This document shows, piece by piece, positions 9,805 through 22,035 of a stretch of 64,000 bases of DNA (positions within the stretch are counted from its first letter, which is position 1; each line of letters starts with the position of its first letter). This DNA is from Ptychomitrium polyphyllum (taxonomy: Eukaryota), in NCBI GenBank assembly GCA_973851085.1, contig OZ316775.1:6882001-6946000 (forward strand), written 5' to 3'. The notes below the pieces were generated by a model. It did not search any database, was not told the DNA's origin, and saw nothing but the letters and a program-made list of their open reading frames with translations. The position numbers and the translations under genes are program-made.

Positions 9805-12800
9805 ACCTGGTTTCTGAAGATATCTTTGATGAAATTTGCGTACCTTCTCGGATGCATTTGTTACATTCATTGAAGGTTCCCATGTTTGGTCATTAATGCC
9901 ATATCCCTGTCAATGTATAAAATACTCTATACGTCCGTTCTTGATGCGTAAATCTAAGATCTCTTCCATTTCATATTCCATTTCAATATTGATTTCCAAC
10001 GGAGGAGGCGGAGGAACAATTCTCTTTGGTATACATGACTTGTTAAAGGTTTCCAACAACAATATGTGGAACACTAGATGAATTTACATGCTTGGTGGTA
10101 GCTTTAGGTGATAATTAACCAGGTTTTATTTGTTTGCTAATTTCAAATGGTCCCAGTCTTTGATAGTCCAACTTCTTCAATGGTCTCTTTGTTTGTATAT
10201 TTTGTCGTAGGAGCCATACACTATCTCCAACCTTGAACTTTGGATGGTCTTTTTGATGGCAATCTGCATAAGATTTGTAACGATCTTAAGTTTGTTGTAA
10301 CTGGAAAGCAATTTCTTGATGGATTTTAGCAAGTTGAGTTGCAAAATCTGCTGCAAAACTTTCAACATGCTTCACTTGAAATGGATCTGCTCGAAGATGA
10401 TGGCCATAGTTTGTAAAGAATGAACTTTGAGTTGTTAAAAAATGCATTGTATTGTTTGTAAGCAAACTTTGCTAAAAGCAAGAAGTCCATCAAGTTGTCT
10501 TGCTAGTAGTTTATGCAATAACAAAGAAACTGCTTCAAAATTTGATCCACATGTTCAGTTTGACCATCAATTTGTGGATGATGTACTAAAGAAAGATTGA
10601 TCTTCATGCGCAATAGCTTTTGGAAGGCTTTTGGTATAGAGCCTTCCAAAAGTTGAAAATGAATTGCAGCCTTTGATTGGATACAATATCATCTGATAGT
10701 CCATGTATGCAGTAGACGTAATTTAGGAACAACTTGGCAGTTTCTTCTCTCGTTACCGTCTTGTTGCATGGAATGAAATATGCCATTTTGATAAATTGAT
10801 CCGCCATCACCAAAATAGAATCCTTAGAATCAAAGTTTAAAAGATCAGTGATAAAATCCATTGACAAAGACAACCATATGCCCTTTGGCACTGAAAGCGG
10901 ATGGAAGAGATTATGAGGTTGGTGTCTTGGTACCTTGGCCCTTGCATAAGTGTCGCATGATCGAACAAAGTCCTTCATGTATTTTTACATTTGTAGCCAC
11001 CTATAATCTTTAGCAATTAACTCCATTGTAATATTAAAACCTAAAATGTCTTACTGCTGGAAAATCATGACGTGCTTAAAGGATCTTCAACCGCAAAGGG
11101 CCTGGAGGTAGGAACAAAAGTCCTTTATTTTTGCTATTTGAAGGATCTCCATTGTTTTTAAGGCACTTTCTTATATTTGAAACAAAGACATCACTCTTCA
11201 AAGCCTTCCGAATTTTGTCAAGATGGGATGTTGTAGTAATAATCGCTACTTTCAATTGAAGATTCTTTAGCTTCAATAAAGTAGTCCTTTGTTGATCCAA
11301 AACATCATCTCTAGATTGTGGAGCTAAATAAAACCTTTGAGATAAGGCATCTGGCTTACCTTGTAGGCTACCAGGTCAATAGATAATGACAAAGTTAAAT
11401 TTGGAAGTGACATACTCCACCTTGCTTGACAGAAATTCAGAACGCGCGCATTCATGAAATACTCCAAATTCTTGTGGTCTATGTATATTGTGATGGTATG
11501 TTGAACTCCTTCCAATATGTGTCACCATTCCTCAAACGCATCCACAATTGCAAGTAGTTCTTTATTATGTATATTATAGTTGATCTTTGCCATTGAGAAC
11601 TTCCTTAAACAAAAGGCAAGAGGGTGAAGTCTCCCGTCTTCATCATATTGTGAGAGTATTGAACCAAGTGCAAAATCTGAGGCATCCGCTTCCAAATATA
11701 AAGGGTTTGATGGATTTGGATGAATAAGAATTGGAACCGATGTGAATGACTTTTTAAGACCTTTAAATGCTCTTTTCACCTCTTCATTCCAAGTGAATTT
11801 TTGCTTTCCTGTAAGACGTGACAATGGTGCCGCAATTTTGGAATAATCCTTGATGAATATCTTGTAGAAGTTTGCAAATCCCAAGAAGCATTGAACTTCT
11901 CAAATTGATCTTGGTATACTTCACTTTATGACAGTGCTTATTTTCTTTTCATCCATATGGATTCTTCCTTTGGAAATAATATAGCCTAAAAATTCAACCA
12001 AGGATTTATAAAAAAGGCACTTTTTCAATTTGGCATATAATCCTTGTTGGCGTAGTTTTCTAAGATTAGTCGCACATGACATTCGTAGTCTTGTTCATTC
12101 TTTGAATATATCAAAATGTCATTCAAGTAGATGACTACAAAATCGTCCAAATGTTCATGGAAGATATCATTCATCATGTATTAGAAGAGTGCAAGGGCAT
12201 TAATAAGGCCAAAAAGCATGACATTGTATTCAAAATGACCATACCTAAATCAAAAAGTTGTCTTCTATTTGTCTCTTTCTTTGATGCGTACAAGATTGTA
12301 GACTCCTCTAAGATCAATTTTAGTAAATATCTATGCTTGGCCAAGTTGTTGTAGGAATCTTGAGATTAATAATAATTGATAACAATTCCTTTTTGTTACT
12401 TTTTGAGGCCTCGATAATCCACGCACATATGTAATGATCCATCTTTCTTCTTTACAAATAGAATGGGTGCTCCAGCAGGTAATTTAAAGTATTGAATGAA
12501 ACCCTTTTTGAGATTTTCATCAATGTATTCTTTCAAGGCAGTCTTTTTAATTTGTGATAAGTTATAAATAGGTTCAAAAGGTGGTTTGGCTCCTTTTTGC
12601 AACTCAATGGTACAATCGTAAGGCCGATACCTTGGTAATATGTCCGCATTTTTTTTTTCAAAAACGTCTTTATAATCTTGATATTGACAAGGTATGTTTT
12701 GATTAGTCTTGACTATAGAGCTAGACATTAGTTTGGCATAAATGACATAGATTGGTTCATCTTTTGCCGCTCTTATGAATGTCTTAGCTCCAATAAATGA

Positions 12801-15300
12801 TGGTCCAAGATTTCTCATACCTTGACATCTTTTCCTTGAGACCACATTTTGTGAGCTCCAATCAATATCTATATTATATAATTTAAACCAAAGAAGGCCC
12901 AAAACAATAGGATTTATTCGGCATTAAATGATGTTGTTGACAATCTTAGATGCTTAGTCCCCTAAAACAACTTCCAAGGGTTGAATTTCTTCAATAAGAT
13001 TGCCAGATGCAAGAGATTGTCCATCAATAATTTCAACAAGAGCGGGGTATTTTTTGTTCACAAGCACCATGTGATATTTGGTTGCAAAATCCTTGTCCAT
13101 AAAATATGTTGTTGTACCAATGTCTAAAATAGCTTCATTAATTATTTTGTCATCTAATAATTTAATTTTGATAAAAATTATAAAGCAAGAGGTAGGGCTT
13201 GAAGGTAGTAAGAGACCTTGATTTGATGGTTGTGTTTTTGTGGTGTTTAGTCACATGGTCCTTTTAGTAACTGAATAGCCTTGTTGTCCAATTCTAACAC
13301 TCTGCTTTGAGTTTTTAAGCCAAATCCTTTGATTTGGCAATCGCGCACTTTATGTCCAAACTTTCCATAATACAAACATAGGTTTTCTTTTTGACGCCTT
13401 TCTTTTTCTTTAAGAGTCAAATGTCTAAACTGGGCAGCATCAATTTTCATAGATTTTGGTCCTTGTGGTCAGCTATTCGATACTCTTGAAGAAGTAGTTG
13501 TCATACCTTGATGTATTGGTTGCCATCCCAAGTGTTGTTCTTAGTGCCTTTCAAATAGTCTATTGTCACATGCTATTGCTTGAGTGATGAATTTGTCCAA
13601 TGTTTCAACCTTTAGCATTGTGAGTAGCAAGTCCTTCACATTCTTTTTTAAGCCCCATTGGATTTGTGTGACCAAGGCCTTATTATTCCAATCAAGGTCG
13701 CAAGTTAATTGTCAAAACTCTATAGCATATTGTCGCAACCCTTGTAATGCACCTTAGCAAGCGTCACGTGCATCAACCACCTGTACACCTCCACATGCAC
13801 ATGGTTAACCCCCATTCTCACTTTCCAAGTCTTTCTACCATTTCTCTTAGCACACCCAATTTATTAATAGCCAATGGTTAGGTGCGGACTTCCATTCATG
13901 TCCAAGGCCTCGCTTGGTGTTACTCCCATTCCACACGGCCTAACCGCACTTAGTGGTATCTCCTCACCACCACTCATGATGCCCATGTGATCCTAAGATT
14001 ACCCCGGGCCATCATGGTGCCAGCGTGAAGACACCACCCCAATTTAGTGGTAACAAGCGTACCCTTTTGAACGTGCTAATTCCCTTCGTGAAACCGGCCG
14101 TCCACCGGCTCACAATGGTGTGGGAGTCCCCGTGGTGAAGCCCCAACACTAGCTCCACCAACCGGGACTCACCCTTGGTCTCTACCGAGACACTAGGGGA
14201 GTAGGGAGGAGGACCAGCCCTCCCTTATAGTACTCTCTGTGGGATTTGGCACGCCCCCTGGCCCTCTGTAGCTGGCTGAACCCCGACACACCTAGAGTTT
14301 CGGAAGACCACCCGATCTCCCTTGGGACTTAGCCGTTGGAAGCCTCCGGGACTCCCAGCGGACCTTCAGGGAGCCATATCTTCCTCATCCGGTGCCTGAA
14401 TGTATCAAGCAACCACTCTATCGTCATTTTTTCTTTGCGTAGATGCCGATAGACTCCTCAAACGTCCGATTTGAGTTAGTAATGTGGGAGATACGCCTCT
14501 CCCAAGGTTCGAAACTCCCGGGGAGTCCCTCCCTGGACTGTCCCACTCCAGTACAGTCACTGTGTGGGGCTGCCACACTCTAAAACAGCCCCTTGGCAAC
14601 CCCAACTTTGGAATGCCATAACTTTTAGCTCCCTTGTCCGATTTGGACAACCTTTAGCATTCTAGAATCAGCTCTTTGTGATTCTTCCAATGCCAGCCAT
14701 CCATCCCTCATGGCCCTTGGTCTACATGGGCAAGGATGTTTCTCCCCCTTAGGGGTCCTTCCCACGTTAGGCCCACTTGGTTTCTCTCACTATCAGGGCC
14801 ATAAGTCCCAGACGTCACTCTGGGGTCCTTCTTGTGCCCTTAGTGTTGCGGGCATTCTTCAAGGAGAGGTGCGCGACACATATGCAGCAGCTGAGCGTTG
14901 TCCTAGTTGTAAACTTTGGATCCTTATCTTAACCACCCTCTCTCGGTCGGTGTCTCCAAAAGTAAATGTCAATGCTTTTATGAAAGCGTCTAAGTTGTTC
15001 ATTAATGGTGACTGCCTCTCCGTTAATGGTGCAAAGCACAATAGTGCATTATTTGATAAAAGAGTGGCTACAAATACCACTTGAGTTGTGCCATCAAGAT
15101 AGCGAGATTGATGCAAACTAAAGAAGAGCGTTACTTATTGAACAAAGCCTTTTAATTTTGCTCTTGATCCATCAAACTTGTTTGGTATACTAATCTTTGG
15201 TTCTGCATGGGTTTTATGTAAGCCTTTTCTTCTAATATTGGCCTCTCAAACTATATTTAATAATTCTTGAAAGTCTACAATAATTACAAATTTGTTCTCT
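9805..15300 (-). pseudogene. Fragmented gag and pol of the inner family-B element
   Basis: ORF fragments: gag (14859-15116; 13247-13450 CLYYGKFGHKVRDC), RT (12396-12902 APILFVKKKDGSLHMCVDYRGL), RNase H (11522-11884 LEADASDFALG), integrase (10604-10978 LSMDFITDL), chromodomain (about 9840-10000 EYFIH*QGY...TWEP). Confidence 0.9.
13731..14878 (-). mobile_element. Family-A solo LTR inserted in gag of the inner family-B element
   Basis: TGTCGCAACC...GTGCGCGACA, 1148 bp, perfect TSD CATAT (13726-13730/14879-14883). Confidence 0.95.
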
Positions 15301-15546
15301 GATGTTCCAAGCATGTTATCCATTTCTTAAGACTGTCAAAGACAAGAAGATTATGAGTACCTTCAAAGGAGGGTAATCTATGTCCTTTGAAAGAAGTAGT
15401 ACTTGGTTTTAGAAAGACAAATCAATTCTATGGTGTCACCTTAGAGGAAGGTGATCCGCAACCTCTAAGATACTATGGAATCCTAAAGAAGGTGGGTAAT
15501 CCACAATCTTCTTCAAAGAACGTTAGCTCTAACAAAGATGAAGAGT

Positions 15547-15557
15547 AGTCTTGCCAA
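15547..15557 (-). promoter_or_regulatory. Primer-binding site (PBS) complementary to the element's own predicted transcript 5' end (self-priming type)
   Basis: Minus-strand TTGGCAAGACT lies 2 nt after the 5' LTR and is the exact complement of AGTCTTGCCAA at 15703-15693, which starts 31 nt downstream of TATAAATA (15734-15727). Confidence 0.7.
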
Positions 15558-15559
15558 AC

Positions 15560-16243
15560 CGTTAGGAACACAAAAAACAAGAAGCAGAAATAAAGTGTTT
15601 CCCAAGAATTAGCTTCTAAAGAGCTAATGATTAACAAGAACTTGATACAAAGACTAGAACAAGGCAGGATACAAGATGATCCACAACTTGTATTGGCAAG
15701 ACTTAGGAATATCTTGTCTTGCCTCCTATTTATACTTTGATGCTTGTATCTCCTAAAATACTTCTAAAGAAGCTTCCTACAAGGCTTAAAAATATTCTAG
15801 AAGTTTATGGAATCTTCCTAAGAAGTTTCCAAGGAGTTGGAACCTTCCTTGGAAATTTTTTAAGGTGGTGGAACCTTCTTAGGAAGTTTTCCAAAGAGGT
15901 AGAACCTTCCTAGGAAGTCTCTTGAGGTGGTGGAACTTTCTTAGGAAGTTTTCTAAGGTGACAGAATCTTCCTAGGAAGTTTTCTAAGATGACAAAATCT
16001 TCCTAGGAAGTTTTCTAAGATGACAAAATCTTCCTAGAAAATTTCCTAAGGTGGTGGAACTCTCTTAGGAAGTTTCTTGAGATGATGGAACCTTCTTAAG
16101 AAGTTTCCTAAGATGGAGGAAGTTTCCTAAGAACATGGAAACGGTTATGGAAATATTTGAAAGTATTCTAAGAAGCATCTATAATATATTAGAAGATTCT
16201 AAAAGGTTCTAAAGATTATGTTGCATGATCTATGTCCAAAACA
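15560..16243 (-). repeat. 5' LTR of the inner family-B element
   Basis: Homologous to 538-699/8835-9132, 20755-22355 and 45756-46129. Contains a TATAAATA box on the minus strand. Confidence 0.9.
15810..16116. repeat. About 10 tandem copies of a 31-bp unit within the LTR (U3)
   Basis: Consensus GAACCTTCCTAGGAAGTTTTCTAAGGTGGTG with a palindromic core CTTCCTAGGAAG. Confidence 0.9.
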
Positions 16244-17530
16244 CTTACTACTTCCAACTCCTACATTTTATTTTACATTTCCTATGAAAATTAAATTGTC
16301 AAATGGTGAAATCTTTTGTAAAGTTTTTATGGGCACTAATGCAACTGCATGCTTCATGAAAAAATATTTTGCAACCAAATACTACATGGTGCTTCTAAAC
16401 AAAAAACATCACACACTTGTTGAAGTTACTGATGGACAATTTTTTACATTTAATAATGTTATAGAAAAAATTCAGCCGTTGGAAGTTATTTTAGAAAACC
16501 AAGCATCTAGAAATGTCTTCAACATTATTCAATATTAAACAAATCCTATGGTATTAGGCTTTCCTTGGTTTGAATTATATAATCCTAATACTAATCAATG
16601 TTTATGGAATATATTTTCAAGAAAAAAAATTTTAAGCACAAGAAATCTTTAATTGTCATTTATTGGAACTAAGGCATTCATAAAAGCAACAAATAATAAA
16701 CCAATCTATGTCATTTATGCCATACAAATGTTTAGTTCTATACAAGAGACTAATCAAGGCATATCTCATTAACACCAAGATTATAAGGACGTCTTTAATA
16801 AGAAAAATGCAGACATATTTTCTAAAGCACCTGCCTTATAATTATGCCATTGAATTACAAGAAAGAACACAAACACCTTTTGAATCTATCTATAACTTAT
16901 AACAGACTGAATTTACTACCTTGAGAGAATATATTAATAAAAACTTTAAAAAGAGCTTCATCCAATATTCCAAATTACCTATTGGAGCACCCATCTTATT
17001 TATAAAGAAGATAGTTGGATTACTATGTATGTGCATAGACTATTGAAGCCTCAATAAGGTAACTAAGAAGAATTGTTATACATTACCATTGATTTGAAAA
17101 TTCCTACAACAACTTGGCCAAGCAAAGATGTTCATCAAAATTGAACTTAGAAGAGCCTACAACCTTGTACATATTAAAGAAGGTGATGAATAGAAGACAA
17201 CTTTTTGATCTAGATAAAACCATTTTGAATACAATGTTATGCCTTTTGGCCTTATTAATGACCCTGCAGTCTTCCAATACATAATAAATGATATCTTCTA
17301 TGAGCATTTGGAAGATTTTATAATCATCTACTTAAATAACATTTTGATATATTCAAAGGATGAACAAGACCATGAATGTTACGTACAATTGGTCTTAGAA
17401 AAACTTTGCCAGCAAGGATTATATGCCAATAGATAAAGCGCCTTTTTTAAATCTTTGGTTGAATTTTTAGGCCACATTATCTCTAAAGAAAGAATCCACA
17501 TAGATGAGAAGAAAGTAAACACTATCATGG

Positions 17531-18676
17531 TATCGCAACCTTTATAATGCACTTTAATAAACGTCACGCGCATCAACCCTGTACACCCCCACATGCACAT
17601 GGTTAATCCCCATTTTCACTCTCCAAGTCCCTCTACCATTTTTTTTAGGACACCCAATTAATTGATAGCCAATGGTTAGGTGCAGACTTCCATTCATGTC
17701 TAAGGCCTCACTTAGTGTTACTCCCATTCCACATGGCCTAACCGCACTTAGTGGTGTCTCCTTACCACCACTCATAATCCCCCATACGATCTTAAGATCA
17801 CCCCGGGCCATCATGGTGCTGACATGAAGACACCACCCCAACTTAGTGGTAACAAGCGTGCCCTTGTTATCTCACTAGTTCCTTTTGTGAGACCGGCCAT
17901 CTTCCGGCTTACAATGGTGTGGGAGTCCCCGTGGTGAAGCCCCAACATTAGCTCCACCAACTAGAATTCACCTTTGGTTTCTACCGAGACACTAGGAAAG
18001 TGGGGAAGGGGACTAGCCCTCCCCTATAGTACTCTCTGTGGGATTCAGTAGGCCCCCTCGTCCTCTGTAGCTGGCTGAACCCCAACACACCTAAAACTTT
18101 GGAAGACCACCCGATCTCTCTTCAGACTTAGCCGTTGAAAGCCTTCGGGACTTCTTGCGGATCTTCAGGGAGCCATATCTTCCACGTTTGGTGTTCAAAT
18201 CTATCAAGTAACCACTTTATTGTCATTTACTCTTTACGTAGATGCCGATAGATTCCTTAAACGTCCAATTTGACTTAGTATTCTAGGAGATATGCCTCTC
18301 CCAAGGTTTGGGACTCTCAGGGAGTCCCTCCCTGGACTGTCCCAATCCAATACACTCACTGTCTAGGGCTGCCACAATCCAGAACAGCCCCTTGGCAACC
18401 CCAACTTTGAGATGCCATATCTTTAAGCTCCCTTGTTTGATTTGAGCAATCTTTAGCATTCTAAAATCAACTCTTTGTGAGTCCTCCAATGCCCACAATT
18501 TCTCCCTCGTGGCCCTCGGTTTACATGGGCAAGGATATATCTCCTCTTCGGGATCCTTTTCACGCTAGGCCCACTCGGTTCCTCTCACTATCGACGCCAT
18601 AGGTCCCGGACGTCATTATGGGGTCCCTCTTGTGCTTTTAGTGTTGCGGGCATTCTTCAAGGAGAGGTGCGCGATA
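17531..18676 (-). mobile_element. Family-A solo LTR inserted in RT of the outer element
   Basis: 1146 bp, termini decayed to TA...TA, perfect TSD CATGG (17526-17530/18677-18681). Confidence 0.95.
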
Positions 18677-20271
18677 CATGGTGTAGGAATGCCAAGATCA
18701 ATTTGAGATGTCCAATGCTTCTTGAATTTAGCAAATTTATACAAGATATTCATCAAAAATTATTCCTAATATGAAAAGGCACCTCAAGAACAATAAAGAT
18801 CCTCTAATAGTGATGACAACTTTGAATTTCTAAAAGGACCTACTTTATTATAAAACATTTTTGTACCTATCTCTAGGACCTTTAAGACTAAAAATCCTTC
18901 AAGTATGCCATGGTTTTCTAAAAACAAGGCACTTTTAATTCAATAAAACAATTGAATTGATTGCTAAAAATTCTTAGTGATTGCAAATGTAGAAATAACT
19001 GAAGGACTTTGTTCAATTATGTAACACTTGTGTAAAGGCCAAGGTACCAAGACACCAACTTCATGGTCTATTCCATTTGTTTTTAATGGTAAAAGGATCC
19101 ATGGTTATCATTACCAATGGATTTTATTACAAATTTCCTTAATTCCAATTCTAAAGACTTTATCATAATAGAAGTGGATTAATTTATGAAGATGGCGCAT
19201 TTCATTCCATACAACAAGAAGGCGTATTTTATTCCATGTAATGAGAGAAGAAACTATTCAGTTATTTTTAAATCATATTTATTGCGTACATAGACTATCA
19301 AATGATATTATATCTAATTAACGGTTATAATTTAACTCCAACTTTTGAAGGATTTTATTCCAGATGTTTCATGTGAAGATCAACATTTTTTCAATACACC
19401 ATTTGTGAATCATATTTTGGAACAATACCTTCATTGAAATATAAACTATTAGCAAGCCAATTGGATGAACTTCCTACCTTTGGCAGAGCTTGCTTACAAT
19501 TATACAATGCATTCTTTAACAATGCAAATTCCAATCTTTGCAAATTATGGCCAACATCTTTAAACAGATCCATTCCAAGTGAAGCATATTAAAAGTTTTT
19601 CAACAAAATATTTGCAACTCAACTTATTAAAATCCAACAAGAACTTGCTTTTCAATTTCAACAAGTCTAAAATCAATACAAAACTATGCAAATTGTCATC
19701 AAAATGACCATCTAAAGTTTAAGGAGGAAGAGGCTCTTACAACAAAACGTATAAACAAAATAATCGTCAAAGAAGTTGGATTATCAAAGGCTTGGGCCGT
19801 TTAAAATCATCAACCATGCAAATTCATCTAGTTTTTCATATATTTTTGTTGCAATCCTACAATAAAATTATATATAATAAAAAAGGTTGTTTTCCAACCT
19901 CCTCAAGTGGAAATCAACAATGAAATGGAGTATGAAGTCAAAGAGCTTTTAAATGCACTCATCAAGAATGAATGTATAAAATATCTTATACATTGGCAAA
20001 AGATATGGCATCAATGACCAAATACAGAAACCTTCAATGAATGTGACAAATGCATATGATAAGGTACAAAATTCCATCAAAAATATTCTCAAAAACCAAA
20101 CCATTGATGACATGTTATGATAAACCAATAGCCGTTAATTTTATAGAAAAGATTTCTCCATAGATTCAAATAAATAGGAAAAGCAGTATCCAACCTTCAA
20201 TTGTATGCAACAATAGCTTTAAGATATATCATCTCTAGATTCTAGTTACTGTATCAAATCTTTATCGTATA

Positions 20272-20754
20272 ATGGATTTGCATGAAGAGCAAAGAAACGT
20301 GCCTTCTCCAACAACAACACCTATTGAATCAACTCAACTTTCTCAATCTCTAATAATAGAAGGTCTGAGCAGGATTTAATAGAGGCACTCCAACATCAAG
20401 TGCAATTACGTGTAGAAGCATTAGTAAATTGTCTTTCACACTCTAGTCTTAATTTAGATACTTCAACTTTAGTTATCTTGTTAGAAATTAGAAGATTCAC
20501 TATTTGAGGATTCTCTTTTGAAGATGTTTTGCAAAATTTAATCAAGATTAAATTCAAATTTGGACATTTTCATAATAGAAGTCTTGGTTAGTGGTCATTG
20601 GCATTTCTGCAAAGATTGGTTGAACCAATGGACAATGAACAATAAGCAAAATACATTATTTATCTCCTTCAACAAATTTTGGAATTTGTAGAGATGTGAC
20701 AAGCAAGTTATAATAAGAATTCTTTATGGATTTAGTCGCTAAGAGAAGAAGTAA
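20272..20754 (+). pseudogene. Second copy of the decayed extra ORF downstream of pol
   Basis: MDLHEEQRNVPSPTTTPIESTQLSQSL...LVILLEIRRFT...FKFGHFHNRSLG*WSLAFLQRLVEPMDNEQ*AKYIIYLLQQILEFV (with frameshifts). Confidence 0.6.
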
Positions 20755-20891
20755 TGTCATGGATATAAATCATGAAATATATTCTTTAAAATCTTTTAGA
20801 ATCTCCTAATATATTGTAATAACTTTTTAGAATACTTTCAATACTTCCATAGTCATCCCACCTTCTTGAAAAACCTCTTAGGAAGGTTCCA

Positions 20892-22035
20892 TATCGCGCA
20901 CCTCTCCTTGAGGAGTGTCCGCAACACTAAGGACACAAAGGGGACCCCGGAGTGACGTCCGGGACTTGTGGTGCCGATAGTGAGGGAACCGAGTGGGCCT
21001 AGCGTGGAAAGGATTTCAAGGGGGAGAAACATCCTTGCCCATATAAACCAAGGGCCACGAGGGAGAAATCATGGGCATTGGAGAAATCACAAAGAGCTGA
21101 TTCTAGAATGCTAAAGATTGCTCAAATCGGACAAGGGAGCTAAAAGTTATGGCATCCCAAAGTTGAGGTTGCCAAGGGGCTGTTTTTGGACTGTGGCAGC
21201 CCTACACAGTGACTGTATTGGAGTGGGACAGTCCAGGGAGGGACTCCCCGGGAGTTCCGAACCTTAGGAGAGGCGTATCTCCCACAATACTAACTCAAAT
21301 TGGACGTTTGAGGAGTCTATTGGCATCTACGCAAAGAGTAGATGACGATAAAGTAGTTGCTTGATACATTTGGGCATCCAATAAGAAAGATATGGCTCCT
21401 TGAAGGTCCGTTGGGACTCTGGAGGCTTCCAACGGCTAAGTCTCAAGGCAGATCGGGTGGTCTTCCAAAACTTTAGGTGGGTCGAGGTTCAGCCAGTTAC
21501 AGAGGGCCAGAGGGCCTACCGAATCCCACAGAGAGTTCTATAAGGGAGGGCTGGTCCCCCTCCCCACTCCCCTAATGTTCCGGTAGAGACCAAAGGTGAG
21601 TCCCGGTTGGTGGAGCTAGTGTTGGAGCTTCACCACGGAGACTCCCACATCATTGTAAGCCGGAAGATGGCCAGTTTCATGGAGGGAACTAGCACGTTCA
21701 AAAGGGTACGCTTGTTACCACTAAGTTGGGGTGGTGTCTTCACGCCAGCACCATGATGGCCCGGGTGATCTTAGGATCGTATGGAGGATTATGAGTGGTG
21801 GTGAGGAGACACCACTAAGTGCGGTTAGGCCGTGTGGAATGGAAGTAACACCAAGTGAGGCCTTAGACATGAATGGAAGTCCGCACCTAACCATTGGCTA
21901 CCAATCAATTGGGTGTGCTAAGAGAAATGGTAGAGGGACTTGAAAAGAGAAAATGGGAGTTAACCATCTGCATGTGGGGGTGTACAGGGTTGATGCGCGT
22001 GAAGCTTGCTAAGGTGCATTACAAGGGTTGTGACA
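20892..22035 (+). mobile_element. Family-A solo LTR inserted in the 3' LTR of the outer family-B element
   Basis: 1144 bp, TATCGCGCAC...GTTGTGACA, perfect TSD TTCCA (20887-20891/22036-22040). Confidence 0.95.

Larger units (their letters stand above)
538..16243 (-). mobile_element. Full-length but degenerate family-B chromovirus inserted in opposite orientation into the outer family-B element
   Basis: Two homologous LTRs (538-9132, interrupted; 15560-16243). TSD ATTAC (533-537)/CTTAC (16244-16248). Minus-strand polypurine tract (PPT) CTCTAAAGAAAGTGA at 9133-9147. Internal gag-PR-RT-RH-INT-chromodomain remnants. Confidence 0.9.

Noticed and set aside
15810..16116. CRISPR-like appearance of the 31-bp palindromic repeats
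   Set aside because: The units are directly adjacent with no unique spacers, there are no cas genes, and the context is a eukaryotic LTR.
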